This document shows, piece by piece, positions 36,201 through 48,690 of a stretch of 64,000 bases of DNA. Below the pieces are notes generated by a model that was given only the letters and a program-made list of their open reading frames with translations, did not search any database and had not been told where the DNA came from. The stretch's first letter is position 1, and each line of letters begins with the position of its first letter. The position numbers and the translations under genes are program-made. Source of the DNA: Azolla caroliniana (lineage: Eukaryota; Plantae; Polypodiophyta); NCBI GenBank assembly GCA_043228905.1, contig JBHGNT010000015.1, positions 12,710,001 to 12,774,000 of the forward strand, written 5' to 3'.

Positions 36201-37987
36201 TACCTTGTCAAATACATTGGCATAAGGATGATATTTCGCCGGAAGTTATACTAAGGATTCCTCCTTAATAGTGCTGGTAGGATGTACTGATATTGCAAAT
36301 AGGAACATTGCCTCCTTGTGTCCTTCTTCACGTAATTGACGTAGTGAAATGGTTGAAACTCGATGAGTAGGTTCTTGGGGTTGTCGATGTCAGACTTCTC
36401 TTGTTCTCCAATCTATGTCTGGATTATGTAATTCAAACCAAGGTAATGCCAGGACAATGGGATGCTCTTGACTACTAATTATATTAAATGCTACTACACA
36501 CACAAAACTACCTAGGACAACTTGAATGGGTTTTGACTCTTCTACAATATTCCCGGAAGCAATGGGACGACCATCAATGACTACTACAGATGCGGGGCAA
36601 GGAAGTTTTCTTAAGGATATCTGAGAAGCTTGGGCAAAATTTCGATCCATGAAACAGGAATTAGCTCCGGAATCTAGAAGTGCTAGGACATGTACTGGGG
36701 GAGTACTTTTAGTACTAACTATGACTTGGGCTAGGAACACATTGCTAACTTGCTTGGAGGGAATGGAACCACTAATGGGTTGTACAGATCTAGGGCTGTC
36801 CAACCAAACGGCTCCTTTTTTGGCTGGACTCAATCGTTTAACTCTTCATCTAATTGACTAAGGATTTCAAATTTGTTTGAGATACTTGGGCTATTAGTAC
36901 TATTAATACTATCAAACACTCTATTAGTACTATTAATACTATCAGACACTCCTAAGGGAAGAATTGACTCGTGTTTAGTATAGGCTACAATTTGATTTAC
37001 CTGTCTTCTTGGCCTATGGGGACAATTGATTGCGATATGCCCTGGTCCACCACAATAAAGACATAATTGATTTGCACGTCTTCGTTGCTTTTCTTCTTCT
37101 GATAACGGGCCGCGTCGACGCATGGTATCGATCTCTATCGGTGTCGAAGTATTTGATTGAGGTATGTCTCGTGCAAACGGTTTAGCCGCGACTGAGGCGT
37201 AAGTGGGCTCCGGCCTAGAGCGTGGTATCTGTAATTGACGTTCCCAACGTCGTTTGAAAAGGCGGTTGTCACATCGGACCGCTCGACTAATTGCCTCCGT
37301 AAGAGACTTTGGTTCTTCGGGGAAAGTTAGAAGTAGATCTTTGACATCGTTTCGCAGGCCATAGCGAAACTGCTCCATTAGTGCCTGATCATCCCAAGGG
37401 ATATTTGAAGCGAGTAGGCGGAAATCCGTCGCGTAGACAGAGGCTGGACGATCGCCTTGACGCAATCGTTGAATCTTGTTGATCGTCGTCCTGATGTTGT
37501 CGGTGTCTCCAAAGCAAGCTTTAAACTCACTAATAAAGTCTTCAAAGTTATTAAGCAAGGGCGATTGTTTTTCTAGAAGCGGAACAAACCATGCTAAGGC
37601 TGAGCCGCTAAGCAACGTGCCTATTAGGCCGACTTGGGATGCATCAGTGGGGTATCAGGAAGGATGCATTTGGATGACTAATCGTACCTGATTAAGGAAT
37701 CCCTTGAATTGTGATCGCGTTCCATCAAATTTCACAGGAAGTCCAATCTTCGGCTCTTTATGAAATCCTTGGGGACTTGATCCTTGTTGTTGCAAAGTTG
37801 CTTCGAGTTGTTGCACCCGTAACGCTAACTCCCCATGTTGTTGCTGCGTTTGTTGTTTTTCTAGAACGATTTGTTGTAGATCCCCTATTAGCCGTTGGTT
37901 TTCTTGTACCAAGGCAACAAATTTTTCTTTTAGGCACTGTAGCTTGGAGAAAACGGATTGATATTCTTGGGCGCTAACAGTAGCCAT
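33254..37987 (-). pseudogene. chromovirus B gag-pol (PR, RT, RH, INT, chromodomain)
   Basis: ORFs 37987-36830, 36833-36390, 36110-35457, 35318-34998, 34988-34410 and 34271-33246. YLDD and YEVVAIL..YLVDWLGY..TWEP motifs. Confidence 0.92.
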
Positions 37988-38055
37988 AGTATAGGGAAAA
38001 GGGTAGGAGGATGAGGGAGAACGACAAGTAGGCTTGAGGGAAATTTGGTTCAAAC

Positions 38056-38505
38056 TGTTAGGAATAGTACTAAAGCAGAGATGGAATTAGTACTAAAGAA
38101 GGGAAGTACTATTAGTACTAAGAGGGCGGGATTGCGTAAGACTCCCAAGAGAGAGAGAGAGAGAGAGAATAGAAAAGAGAGATAGCGAGGATGAGAGAGA
38201 GAGAGAGAGATGATGATAACAACCAATATATTATGTGAAGGATAAGTACAAAATGCCTAAGAGGCTTAAGACTAGCGTTGAACCAATTTGGTTCAACATA
38301 ATGCCTAGTGCCTTATTTTATAGTGTTCTCAGGAGTAATCCTGAAGCTTCTAGAATGTTCCAGAGAAATCTAGAATATACATTAATTTCCTATAATAAAA
38401 CTTAAATGAAAATAATATCCACGTATTACAATAGATGGTATAATGGTCAAGAGCTCGACCCATATAACATAAGGTCATGGGTTCGAGTCTTGCCATATCA
38501 TGACA
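38056..38505 (-). repeat. 5' LTR of chromovirus B
   Basis: TG...CA termini; matches the reassembled 3' LTR. Confidence 0.9.
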
Positions 38506-38999
38506 CATGGCATGTCTTACACTTGGAGTATAAATTGGATCAAACCTTTACATGAAGCTTGAAATGTAACTTATAAACAGTTTTTGGACAACCCGGACAA
38601 CGATGGTCGTCTCACTTATGGAAAAACTAATTTGGATATATAATGAAATAAAAGCTAAGTGTATAAGCTGAAAAAAATGGTAAGAGAGCTTATGGACAAG
38701 GCGGATTTTGAAAAGACCACAACACACCTTGTTACCCTTCTACTATTTATGGAAGAAAGTTGTTGGAGAGGCAAGGGTTTAAATTGTTTCTTGGTAGACT
38801 TCAAGAAAGCTTTTTTTATGGTTTTAGTGAGAATCTTCATGCAAATGGAAGAAATTAGAACACAAAGTGAATATATCTTGTAATTTCCTAAAACTATGAG
38901 AAGGTTGTACATTGAGTACATATGGGCGATGAAATCTCAAAATCTCCCATTAGCATTGTTGATGTTAAATAAGGATAGTGCCCACTCTCATCAACTTTA

Positions 39000-39626
39000 T
39001 GTTGGGATCGTTACCGGCCACAACCGGTTCTCGTTCACGTATTCGGGTGTGTAGAGAAACGAGCAAGGTAGTGCACAGATAGAAAAATGAAAAGATACAG
39101 AGACACAAGATATTTTACGTGGAAAACCCGAAAGGGAAAAATCACGGGGGTTCACAAACCCCGAGAAACAGAATCACTATAATCGAGAAGAGAATACAAC
39201 ACTGAGAATCTCAAGGCAACGACCTATAAGTTCTCCTTCGTCAGACCGACGGTTGTAGAGTTACACACACTCACTCTCACTCACTTAGTTGTAGAGGCCA
39301 TTACATTCTCTAACTATACAATAATGATAATCAACTAAAATGATTCTAACACCACACAAAGTTTGCCCCCCACATAATGTTTGCCCTAGTTGTATTTATA
39401 CTATACAACTTTCTGGTTATTGACATACATAGCCCACAAGGGGCACATTTAGACTATTTACAAATATAGTCTCCCGAATCAATCATAAAATCGATTCTTC
39501 AATTTTCAGTTTTCGATTTCCAATTTCGGCCTCGACTGAAATACTCATCAACTCCATGGGAATTGGTTCTCCCCTTCTCCTTGATTTGAGCTCCACTTCC
39601 CATCCGGAGGGACCTGTTATCCAACA
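39000..39626 (-). mobile_element. Solo LTR of another family
   Basis: TGTTGG...CCAACA termini; 5-bp TSD CTTTA at 38995-38999 and 39627-39631; TATAAATA on the minus strand at ~39395. Confidence 0.85.
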
Positions 39627-41466
39627 CTTTACTTGTTTAATGCCATGATGAATTAGAACAAATGGTCTCCAAGTTTTTAAAGGACAATGGCATGAAAGAA
39701 CTTATCATTGAGAATGTAGTCATCATATTTCTATTATACGTAGATGTTGTGGTGCTTTTGCAAATTCTTTTAGAAGATGTAGAAAAGCTTCTTCGAGCAT
39801 TGGAAGAGTTTTGCATGCACACTAAGTTGATTGTCAATATCTCCATAACGAAGATTATGTTAATGAAGAGCCAAAATAGGGATAAATTGTATATTATGTA
39901 TAATAATATTGGTGCTTCTCTGTGAGGTGGAAGTATGGGGGTAGTAGCATCCCGAAGTCCACCCGGAAAGAATTTGAAATTATTCAAAAGCATTTTCTTA
40001 TAATGTTTCTTCAATTCAAGAAACAAACACTATAAACCATTTAACTTCTTGAGATAGGACTCGATGTTATGCCTATCTAGTCGATTCTCAATATTTCTAA
40101 CATGGTATCAAAGCTGAGAGGTTGACCTAGATTAGGTCTATATGGGTAGTTGTCTCGCAACACAAAGAAATAGAGAGAGTATGAATGGCCTTTTCCATGA
40201 ATGTTGCGGTTGATCCATTACGCATTTGCCCACCTCCATTGTTTAACTTCTTATAATGTTTCTTCAATTCAAGAAACAAGCAGCATTGTCCGACGGAAAT
40301 CTAGATGGAACCAACTACACAATGTTTATATCATTTTGGACTCACAATGAATTGTTGGAGATAAACTTGGGACCTACAATAGAAGATCCTTAATTCATGG
40401 TTACCTTTAGCCCTGCACACCCTAGTACATCAATCACTTTGATTGTTGACCTACTTTGATTATGGAAGAGAAGGAATCGTTACACTTCTCATTACATTTC
40501 GTCTAGTTCTCTTGCGAACCATCACCATGAAGCAACTACATGTATTTGTTTGCAAACTGCTACACAGCATACAATCAAGTCTAATATGGTACATACAAGG
40601 TGTGTATGGCCAATTTTTATTGTGCATATAGATGCAGTATAGGCTTCAATGGTGTCAATGATGTAATTCACCCCTACTTAACTTTTCCATAACGAACATA
40701 ATAACACCACCAAATTTGGCCACATCTAGTATATATTGAGATGATGTTCTAACCCCCCATGCCTACACATGTCACTTTCACAGTCAATCCAATCAAAAGT
40801 TCAGATATTTAATTAAAAATCCTGTCAATATCACTTACTTTGACATGCCTGTATTAAGATTGGAAATTTGTAATTTTCTGCTACCAACAGAGGACAGAGA
40901 ATATTATCTTCCTTGGAAACTCTAACATATACAGAATTTCCCAGTCAAATGAAAAAACAATCTTACATCCTTTACCTTCATATTAATGCGTGTATCCACA
41001 TGCGCCTTGACATATATTTCGGCTGTTTGTGATAAGGTGAAGGATGGCACATATTAATAAAGAAGAGTAACTGATTTCTCATTAAGCAGCACAATGTTTA
41101 AAAATGTAGCAGAGATACACAACGTAAGTAACTGTATTGTTGTCGCCCATAACGAATATGTAGATCATCAGGCATTACTATTAGTTCGTAGAAGCAGTAG
41201 AATCATCCAGCACTCCACTGCTTAATTGTATCTACCATAAATTCAAATTTTGGGATGAGTTCAACAAATTCACATCCTGATTTCTCAGATAAACATCCAT
41301 TCACATCCTGGGTTCTTAGGTAAACGAACATATATCAATATGCATTCCCCCCTTGCACTGCAAGTATGCATACATACACACTTGTAATTGGAACCTTACT
41401 AACTGAACAAGGTAAAAAGTAAAGCGATCAGAATGCTTTTGAGTTATAGCTTTCAGGAAGTCTAAT

Positions 41467-44400
41467 CTAATAGTCCCTGTCTCTTTCTCTACCTCTCTCT
41501 CTCTCTCTTCCTCTATCTCTATCTCTCTCTCTTCCATAATCTCTATCCCTACCTCTTCCTCTATCTCTATCACGATCCCTCTCTTTACTTCTCTCTCTTT
41601 CTCTGTAGCGATCACGATCCGAGTATTTGTCATCTCTCTCCTTTCCTCTATCATCTTTATGCCCATACTCATCATCGTTTAGTGAAGATCGGTATCCATC
41701 GTGGCCATCCCAATCACCACCTCTTCTATCCCTTCCTTTCTCTTTTGCCTTGTCACGTTCGACTAAACCAAGGTCCTCAACCCAACCAGCTTTACCACCA
41801 CCACCACCTGCAGCAATTTCCTGACTTGCTCCAACTTCACCTTGCTTGGCTTTGATACGGAACTTCTTTTTGAGGTTTCCAAATTCATCATACATTTCAC
41901 CATCATCCTGATTTAGAAAAGATACTCAGTCGGGAAATTTGGACAAATAACATGAAGGAAACCCTGAAATTGAAGGCAAGAGTGAGATCAGACACCTCCT
42001 CAGCTTCTCGACGTCTTCTCTTAGTTTCTTCAAGCTCTGCTTCATCCAGTTCTTTGTACCCACCTGCCCGTCCTTCCCTATAAAGACAATAACCAATAAG
42101 AGCACACAAACACCTTTCCTACAGGATTCTTAATATCACCAATAATCTTGCAAATGTACAACCCTAAATTCAGTCAACAATGCAGAAGTAGAGACTAGAG
42201 TGTACTAGAACCTAAGAAGGCTCAATCTCAAAGTTGCCAGCCAGAGTTGAGACACAGCAACAAAGAGGGGCTAACCTAAACTATGTAAGAGGCGGCCATG
42301 TGAACTATCATCTACAGAATACTAGCAATAGAGTTGATATAACAAAATGCCAATGAGAAAGTCTGGACAAAATCACACAGGAATCATAAGATTAGTGTTA
42401 TAAATATAACTAGATGAATATTATATTATAACAAGTTTACCTCACTCCACCCTCATTCAATCCTGGTTTTGATGTATTGCATATGTTACATTTGTTCCTT
42501 TTTGCCCAATTGATATTCTCGCACCTGATTAGACAAAGAATTACAAATTTATGGTCAGCATCCATAAATACAAAGTCCTCCGTTGGGTCACACATATGTC
42601 CACGTAAATCAAACAAACAATTCGCATTAATGAAAGAAAGAAACAGAAGCATAAAAAAATATGGAGTAGACTCAGATGTGCAAGAGACAGCGCGCTTTCA
42701 AACATGGTTAGGAAAAATGTTGCATAAATTAGGTCCAGAGAGTCTTGTAGAAACTTCATGCTCATACTTACATGGGACATGTCCAATCATTAGGTCCAAA
42801 TAGTCCAGGAGGTCCACCAGGACCCCTTCCACGGTCTCCTCCATCACCCCCACCTCTTCGGCCTCTACCACGGCCTCCACCACTTGCACCAGCTGGGCGT
42901 GCAGTGCCACACCGATTACAGACACCTCGAAAAGCAAAATTGACATTCGTACAGCTGCCAAGATGATTATAATATAATAATGCCCAGATAATCAAAATTC
43001 TTCTGTCCAACTTAAAAGCTTTGTGAATTTGAGAACAAGAATGCAAGCAAATATAAATCTACAAACATGTACAAATACATGTAATGCATTGATAGATGAA
43101 TAGACTATGGATTTAGGGACAAACTCCAAAAATACCCATAAGTTTTTTTTATCCCCAAAATAGCCTGAAATTTTTGTTATCCCCCCACATGCCCTTGGTT
43201 GCAGCCCTCTCGCGCAACTATATGTCCTGATTTTGAGCAATTATTTGGTCAATTTGCTCCCTTTCCTCTTTTCCGGGGCAAGCAGCATTTGGGGAATTCA
43301 CAAAATTTAGGGGCATTTATGAGAATAAAAGGAAACTCGAGAATTTTCTGGATGTTTCCACATATGAAGTGTATAATAAAGATAGAATATACATTCATAG
43401 GGGTTCCGAAAGAGCTGCTCACCAAAGTCATCACAGACCTTGGATTGGGGCATGGCCAGTCTCCATCCTGTTGCCAGGCCTTCCCACCTGGATCTCCACG
43501 ACCCCTGCCTCGACCGCCACTCCAGCTATTATCTTCTCCATGGCCACCCTCCTCAACAGACTCTAGACCAGTGCTATCTGGCATGACAGGATCCACACCA
43601 CTATATCCTGTTGAACCATCTAAGTCCTTACTTTTTGTCTCCGCAATGAAAACACTAATCACATTTCCATGGAACTCCTTGTTATTGAACCATTCCACAG
43701 CCGCTGCTGCTGCAAAAGGATCTTCATAAGTTACTGTAGCATCACCCTTTGGTGTATTGGTTGCTTTATCTCGATAAATCCATATCTTCGGTCGCCCAGA
43801 CCTTTTGTCTTTCTGCATGTCAAAAGACACTCATCATTAACAGAATGCAAAAAACTATGCCCAAAATATTATATCTATACTTGAAAGTTCAAATGGAGTT
43901 TTATGCATTTTTCAAGTGGATGTAGACACAAAATGTATTTAAAACTACCTATTTGACTCAGATCCTATACAGTTGTCAGTAACGAAAAAGATGAGTTGGA
44001 TATTAACTAATATCATGATGGGTTGGACATTAACTACCACCTCCCCTGTCTCATAACCATTCTGCAAGACTCATACTTAAAAGTTCCATCATGCCAGAGA
44101 TCATATTTTAGGCATCGTTTTATACAGTTTTCTCCTCCTGTGGTATGTGTTTTAGCTAAGACAACTAGCTAAGTTCTTCCTAATAAGAGTCATGAGGTAA
44201 AAATCATCACCAAAAATGTTGTTCGAGTGGAAAATAGCATGTAAACTGCAGGATTTTAGGCATTGGTTGGTTCATCCTAGGTAAAACCTAGACTTTAGTA
44301 TAAGTGGTGGAAAAGGTTCAGAGTTAATTATATCTATAATCATTAAAAAACACAGTGGCATGACTATACATAATCCTCTTCGTACCCAGACTCATCACCA

Positions 44401-45271
44401 ATATTTCTTCAATCTGTAAAGTATTCGCATAATAACATACTTTCATTCTGCACCATTCATCATTGCTTGTTGCAAAATTCAATGATAACGAAATAAAATG
44501 TGACATTTGTGATGCTTATGAATTTGCAAAGTTAATGAAAATAAAATCTGGCATATGTCACTATTACAAAAGGATCCAAAACTACTGGAGGCAGCAAAAA
44601 GGGGGAAAATGAACATAGATGCTATATATTCCATTAATTTTTAAAAGACATGTCAGAAAGAAACATTTGAAGGAAATGATGGCACACATAAAGAATGAAT
44701 TATAACCTACAGTTCTTGCTACTTCCATGACTTAGGTCTTTCACAAGATGTGAGGAGAAAGGGAATTATCTCGCCCTGCAACATTCAATGTTGTATTCTT
44801 GCAAATTTCAAAAAAAATGTAATCATAATGGTGACTACAATGAAAATCTTCAAAACACTATTTGAAGAAGATAATCGGAAAGAAAAATATTCAAACAGGA
44901 ATAGAAACTACAAAGCAAGAGCCAACCAGGAGTACAAAATTTTCCTTATTTTCCATGACATAACGCTTCCTTTAATTAGAGAACTCTATTTGAGACAGAT
45001 CCAGAACTCGATTAGCAGATGCGGATGAGAGAACACACAGAGAAATAGCGATGAAGAAGCTGCATTTTTATTCTTTCTCGTCTTCTCATTTACATGAATT
45101 AGGGGTCTCGGGGGGGGGGGGGAGGACCGACCAAAAGAGGGAAAGGAGAAGGTTGGGTTCAAATACCTTAAGGAGGCCGATGGTGCCGAAGTGGTCAGCA
45201 AGGAGGGTCTCGTCTGTGCCAGGGGGGAGGTTGCAGACGTAAATGGCGTTGGTCGCAGGGGCACCTACCAT
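41467..45271 (-). CDS. TAF15: TAF15 / FET-family RNA-binding protein (RRM, RanBP2-type zinc fingers, RD/RE tail), 422 aa; exons 45271-45167, 43812-43439, 42954-42772, 42524-42441, 42077-41996, 41907-41467
   Basis: All introns are GT-AG and the exons sum to 1269 nt in frame. Motifs YVCNLP..FGTIGLLK, PKGDATVTYED, GDWPCPN.SCTNVNFAFRGVCNRC and EEDDGEMYDEFGNLKKK match plant TAF15 as recalled. Confidence 0.95.
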
Positions 45272-45595
45272 GGCGTCTGGGAAGAAGCTTTCCTCTCCCC
45301 ACTCACTCACTCAGAAGAAGAAGAAGAAGAAGAAGAAGACCCAAGATGTTTGTTGTTGATGATGATGATGGTGGTGTTATTATTATGTTATTAAAGAGGG
45401 CCTCCCTTTTCTTGTAAATTACAGAAGTAGCCCCAACCCTTGTGGCCAAACACACACCACCACCACCACCATCATTCCTTCCATTTCCGAGTCCGTCTAA
45501 ACCACATCTCTGATGCATAATGTATAACACTACATTTTCTTTGCTATGAATCCTATCACGTGCATGCCAGAAAACATTCATTAGAAGTTAGAACC

Positions 45596-45626
<31 letters not shown>

Positions 45627-46750
45627 TGTATGTATGTATGTATGTATGTATGTATTGTATTGTATTGTATTGTATTGTATGTATGTATGTATGTATGTAT
45701 GTATGTATGTATGTATGTATGTATGTATGTATGTATGTATGTATTGTATTGTATTGTATTGTATTGTATTGTATGTATGTATGTATGTATTGTATGTATG
45801 TATGTATGTATGTATTGTATTGTATTGTATGTATGTATGTATGTATTGTATGTATGTATGTATGTATATATGTATGTATGTATGTATTGTATGTATGTAT
45901 GTATGTATGTATGTATGTATTGTATGTATGTATGTATGTATGTATGTATGTATGTATGTATTGTATGTATGTATGTATGTATGTATGTATGTATGTATGT
46001 ATGTATGTATGTATGTATGTATGTATGTATGTATGTATGTATGTATGTATGTATTGTATTGTATTGTATTGTATGTATGTATGTATGTATGTATGTATGT
46101 ATGTATGTATGTATGTATTGTATTGTATTGTATTGTATTGTATTGTATGTATGTATGTATGTATTGTATGTATGTATGTATGTATGTATTGTATTGTATT
46201 GTATGTATGTATGTATGTATTGTATGTATGTATGTATGTATATATGTATGTATGTATGTATTGTATGTATGTATGTATGTATGTATGTATGTATTGTATG
46301 TATGTATGTATGTATGTATGTATGTATGTATGTATTGTATGTATGTATGTATGTATGTATGTATGTATGTATGTATGTATGTATGTATGTATGTATGTAT
46401 GTATGTATGTATGTATGTATGTATGTATGTATTGTATTGTATTGTATTGTATGTATGTATGTATGTATGTATGTATGTATGTATGTATGTATGTATGTAT
46501 TGTATTGTATTGTATGTATGTATGTATGTATGTATGTATGTATGTATTGTATTGTATTGTATGTATGTATGTATGTATGTATGTATTGTATTGTATTGTA
46601 TGTATGTATGTATGTATGTATGTATGTATGTATGTATGTATGTATGTATGTATGTATGTATGTATGTATGTATGTATGTATGTATGTATGTATGTATGTA
46701 TGTATGTATTGTATTGTATGTATGTATGTATGTATGTATGTATGTATGTG
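45596..46750. repeat. Compound microsatellite (TATG)n/(TATTG)n, ~1.15 kb
   Basis: Direct reading of the sequence. Confidence 0.98.
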
Positions 46751-46863
46751 TCTATGTGTGTGCGTAAGTATGTGTGTATGTATCGCATAGGTTGAGGGCT
46801 TTGCGTGTCCTTGCTCTAAATGCTAAAGATTGCATGAATGGAAAACACCTTTGAGTTTCGCTT

Positions 46864-48690
46864 TGTTTAATAAATTATTGTAATACACATCATTATTTCC
46901 AATAAGTTGTAATATAGACATAATTAAGTTAGTTTTACAATTTGTATCAAAGATACATTTTAGGGTTCACTAAAACCTTTTGAGTATTTGCATAAATAGT
47001 CCATAGAATATGTATGTGTCCATTATAACACACACACACACACACTACAATATAACTCTCCCCACTAGTGTGCATATACGTTTGAGTTGGAATTAACTCA
47101 TAAGTGTAACTTCCTCTCTCTCTTCCTCTCACACACATACACACATACACACACAAATCACATAATCTTCCGCTGCTTTATCAATACTTACATAATTAGA
47201 CTCTAATTAACCCTAGTTAATTACCTAATTATTAACATGGTATCAGAGTGTGTGGTTTAGTACATCCACTAAGCCCACCCGACTTCATGATTGTGTGTTC
47301 GAGACGCCGACGACAAATCCGGCTATCCGCTACCGTAGTGCCGCTACGTACCACGTGTATGTGATCGAAGGAAGAAAAAGCAAAAAATAAAAAGACACTA
47401 CAACAACATGAACATACAAATGGGTAGCTCACTCCCTAGTGAAAAGCTAGACCGGAGCAATTATTCATCTTGGGAGTACAAGATGAACCAATACCTAGTC
47501 GGCCAAGGGTATTGGAGCTACATCAACGATGCACAAGAAAATCGACCCAACCCAAAGAATGCTAACTACTCAACATGGGCGCAAGCAGCGAGTCGAGTCA
47601 TGTATTTCTTGGCAACATGTGTCCATGATCACATGCTTAGCCACGTTCAAGCCACCTAAATAGGCATGGGCGAATCTCAAGAAGATTTTCGCAGCTAATA
47701 CGACGACACACAAGCTTCAACTCCGGCAAGAGTTGAACAACATACAACAAAAAGATATGTCCATGTCGGACTATACCACCAAGATCAAGAGCTTTTGCAA
47801 CTCGCTTGGCTCCATCAACATAAACGTCGACGAAGACGAGATGGTTCAAGTATGCTTGGGTGGCCTCGCACAACGATTCGACCCGTTCAGGACGACAATC
47901 TTAGTGAGGGAAAACCCTTCTGCATTCTTCGAACTTCAATCAATGCTATTGGTCGAAGAGAACCACATCCGAACCAAGACCAAGACGTCGGGAGGACAAA
48001 TGTTCTTCTCGAATTCAGATGGTGGCCGACGACGAGGTCAAGGCGGTAGAAGAGGTCGATTCGACCCATCACACGAAGGGAATTCAAACCTTCGACAACA
48101 AGACAAAAGTCATCAAGGAACCTTCAGAAGAAGGAGGAGCTTCCATGCCGAACAAGGTCGGCAAGCGAGGCCCGCTTCTTGCAACAATTGCGGCAAAATC
48201 GGCCACCGCGAAGAGAAGTGAATTGGCTTCAACAAGCCGACAACTCACAAATTACGCCACCAACTTCGAATACGAGGACTATGGTGGGCTATTCGTAATG
48301 AGACATAGAGCGAATTCTATGACGACCTCCGACTCCACAAGCACCTTCAACTCGGAAGACGTGTGGTTCGTCGACTCCGGCGCCTCGCATCATATGACGT
48401 CACACCAAGAGTGGTTCCGTGACTTAAGACCGCCGGACCGACCCGGCTACATAGAGATGGGAGATGACACCACACATCCCATTCGACACATCCGCAACGT
48501 TCCATTCGGCAACAATAGCCAAAACAATTGCATCAAGAATGTCTTGGTCAATCAAATCTTGGAGCAAGGCATGTAAGTTCGTTTCAACAACAAAGGATGC
48601 TTCATCGAGAAAGATGGTCGACTCATAGTTAATGGACGAAGAGACGGTTGAATGTTCATTCTCGATTTGAACGAGGTGAAATCGGCCATG
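46864..48690 (+). mobile_element. Ty1/copia 5' part (5' LTR ending 47237, PBS-Met, gag, protease), interrupted at 48691
   Basis: ...TTAACA TGGTATCAGAG (PBS 47238-47248). gag KLDRSNYSSW, CNNCGKIGH knuckle, WFVDSGASHHM protease. The LTR start is uncertain. Confidence 0.85.

Larger units (their letters stand above)
23955..38505 (-). mobile_element. Ty3/gypsy chromovirus, Tcn1-like (copy B), full length, with insertions in its 3' LTR
   Basis: TSD CATGG at 23950-23954 and 38506-38510. 5' LTR 38056-38505. 3' LTR split into 23955-24028, 24733-~24810 and ~32835-33253. gag-pol-chromodomain lies between. Confidence 0.93.
23400..40050 (+). mobile_element. Old degenerate LINE ORF2 fragment (same family as 24835-32834), in pieces 23400-23954, 38511-38999 and 39632-40050
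   Basis: Decayed matches to the LINE ORF2 (DKENY..LHEYK, WIKPLH, VDFKKAF, LLYVDVVV). It is split at TSD CATGG and at TSD CTTTA. Confidence 0.8.

Noticed and set aside
40060-40130. LTR end plus Met-type PBS (CTAACA TGGTATCAAAGC)
   Set aside because: It is only a short remnant with no partner LTR, TSD or coding region, so its boundaries cannot be supported.
45272-45310. N-terminal extension MSEWGEESFFPDA of TAF15
   Set aside because: It begins at a GTG in the ORF track; similarity to plant TAF15 starts at the ATG at 45271.
45556-46795. Four ~400-aa ORFs (YIHT / MYVC repeats)
   Set aside because: These are translations of a stop-free microsatellite.
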